A DNA stretch of 64,000 nucleotides from Phallusia mammillata (taxonomy: Eukaryota): the NCBI GenBank assembly GCA_965637545.1, contig OZ281497.1, positions 25,482,001 through 25,546,000 of the forward strand, written 5' to 3'. Position 1 is the first letter of the stretch, and each line of letters opens with the position of its first letter. The position numbers and the translations under genes were made by a program. Below, one piece after another: positions 62,313-64,000 of the stretch. The notes below the pieces were generated by a model. The model was not told the origin of the DNA. It was given only the letters and a program-made list of their open reading frames with translations, and ran no database searches.

Positions 62313-63725
62313 ATGGATGTGACCCAAGATCAATTTAAGTTGTACAAACGAAGGTGGGCATTTCTTTTTGGAATATTTCTTCTACAATTTTGTGCCGGAA
62401 TATCATTTTCCAGTTACGGACAAATCAACTGGTTTTATGTTGAGTTCTTCAAATCAACTCCAGCAACAGTGGATTGGATCACCAACGCAAGAAATATCAG
62501 TGCTATAGTCATAACATTCCCCCTTGCCTTTCTCATTTTCAAGGATAAAATTGGGCTAAGAGGACTCGTACTTGTCATCGGCGGCAGCTCTACCGTTGGT
62601 CTTCTGTTTGTTACTTTGTCTCTGATCGATCGTTCTCTGATTGCTCTGATAGTAATCGGACAAATCTTTTGCGGACTTTCAGAAACAGTTGCAGTCGGTG
62701 CCCCATCAACTTTTGCTGTGCTTTGGTTTCCAGAAAATCAAGTCGGAACGGCGATTGCTTTAAATGTTGTCGGTCTGTATGTGGGAACTGAAGTTGGATA
62801 CACATTGCCTTCATATCTTGTGACACCTTCGAACGATACCGTGGAATACAAAGGAATGTTAAGCCTTAAACATTTAGCAGCAGGACAACGTCAATTGCGT
62901 TACTTGTATGGGGCATTTCTGGCAATTTCTACAACTGTAACTTGCTTGTTTGTGATTTTCTTAACCGACAAACCTCCAACGCCACCAACTCATGCCCAAG
63001 ATTTGAAGAATAAGGAATTGAAACCTGAAAAGTTTGCGAAGGAGTTTTTTAATGAAACTAAACAACTTTTTTTAATGCCCTCTTATGCTTTAATCTGCAT
63101 AGTCATCGGATTTATATTTCAACTTGAACTAATTGAAAATATGATGATGTCTGAAATCATAGCTGATCTTCACATTGCGAAAAATGTTGAGCCATCTACA
63201 TTAAGCGGTTATATCATGTGTACATTCGGCGTTGGCGCTATTGTTGGCCTCACTTCTGGTGGCAAAGTAGTCGACCGTTTCAAAAGATACAAGCTTATGG
63301 CGTTATGCGGGGGTACTGCAGACTTCCTCTCGATTCTGGGAATTGCCATCAGCGCAATATGCAAAAACCCTTCAGGTTTGTATGCATGTAACGTATTGTT
63401 TGGATTCTTGACTGGCTTTACTATCGTAGTTCTATTTGAAATGGCTACACAACTGACTTATCCGATTGACGAGACGCTGGTGAACAATTGGATGACCGGA
63501 ATTCAAACTTTAATCGCTTTGCTGATGGGCATTCTCGCAAGGGTCATGTTTCATCATTGGAAGAGTATTGGGGTGCTTGCCTTTCAATGTGCTTGTGTGT
63601 TGATGGCTCTATTGATGCTAACCTTAGTTTCTTCGAGGAATCGTAGATTGGAAGTTGATGACCAAAGAGTGACAGATGAAAAACCAGAAGATGCTGAAAC
63701 ACCATTACTCAGCGCTCAAAAATAA
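62313..63725 (+). CDS. SLC49/FLVCR-like MFS transporter, copy 8 (intronless, 470 aa)
   Basis: Intact ORF with the same motifs. Confidence 0.9.
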   Translation: MDVTQDQFKLYKRRWAFLFGIFLLQFCAGISFSSYGQINWFYVEFFKSTPATVDWITNARNISAIVITFPLAFLIFKDKIGLRGLVLVIGGSSTVGLLFVTLSLIDRSLIALIVIGQIFCGLSETVAVGAPSTFAVLWFPENQVGTAIALNVVGLYVGTEVGYTLPSYLVTPSNDTVEYKGMLSLKHLAAGQRQLRYLYGAFLAISTTVTCLFVIFLTDKPPTPPTHAQDLKNKELKPEKFAKEFFNETKQLFLMPSYALICIVIGFIFQLELIENMMMSEIIADLHIAKNVEPSTLSGYIMCTFGVGAIVGLTSGGKVVDRFKRYKLMALCGGTADFLSILGIAISAICKNPSGLYACNVLFGFLTGFTIVVLFEMATQLTYPIDETLVNNWMTGIQTLIALLMGILARVMFHHWKSIGVLAFQCACVLMALLMLTLVSSRNRRLEVDDQRVTDEKPEDAETPLLSAQK

Positions 63726-64000
63726 TATAAAACACACCGATCTCTAAAACTTGTCTTATAATTATGTAGAGCAAGTCGTCTTTGTACATATTTGTTGTTT
63801 TACCATGCTGTTTCAATGCGTTTTTTTGTGGTTAGGAACTTTTGTTGAAATAAGATGATGAAAATGCCTAATTTTTTGTATGTATCTTAAACGAACGGTG
63901 AAAAACTTCAGACTTATTAAAGTTTACAGTATGCTGATATACACGCGACTGTTGCGTTTGATGTCATACAGTTTATAATGGTAAATCGTGATTATACCAT

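Noticed and set aside
32831-62826. Many 60-200 aa ORFs overlapping the MFS genes (for example 32929-33525 +)
   Set aside because: Antisense or alternative-frame shadows of hydrophobic coding sequence; they recur only because the genes are paralogs.

Overview
AT-rich metazoan nuclear DNA, probably a tunicate (inferred from composition and compact gene structure, not verified). Left to right: (1) the 5' part of a midnolin gene on the minus strand (3 coding exons, then a >5.5 kb CpG-rich intron running off the left edge); (2) a complete 16-exon BTB-BACK-Kelch gene (minus, 9283-30871, 764 aa by my hand-built model) whose introns hold many MITEs and degenerate hammerhead-like motifs; (3) a 31 kb array of eight intact, intronless SLC49/FLVCR-like MFS transporter genes (six minus, then two plus). 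Decayed copies of a second, unidentified reading frame lie directly upstream of most transporter genes, suggesting an ancestral two-gene unit. The array also holds a deleted Kolobok transposon (THAP-transposase plus a KolX/P2X7-ballast-like gene) with a nested Harbinger-type MITE, several hAT MITEs with intact 8-bp TSDs, a LINE RT fragment and one unexplained 232-codon ORF. All gene models and alignments were done by eye; homology calls rest on recalled family motifs, not database searches.
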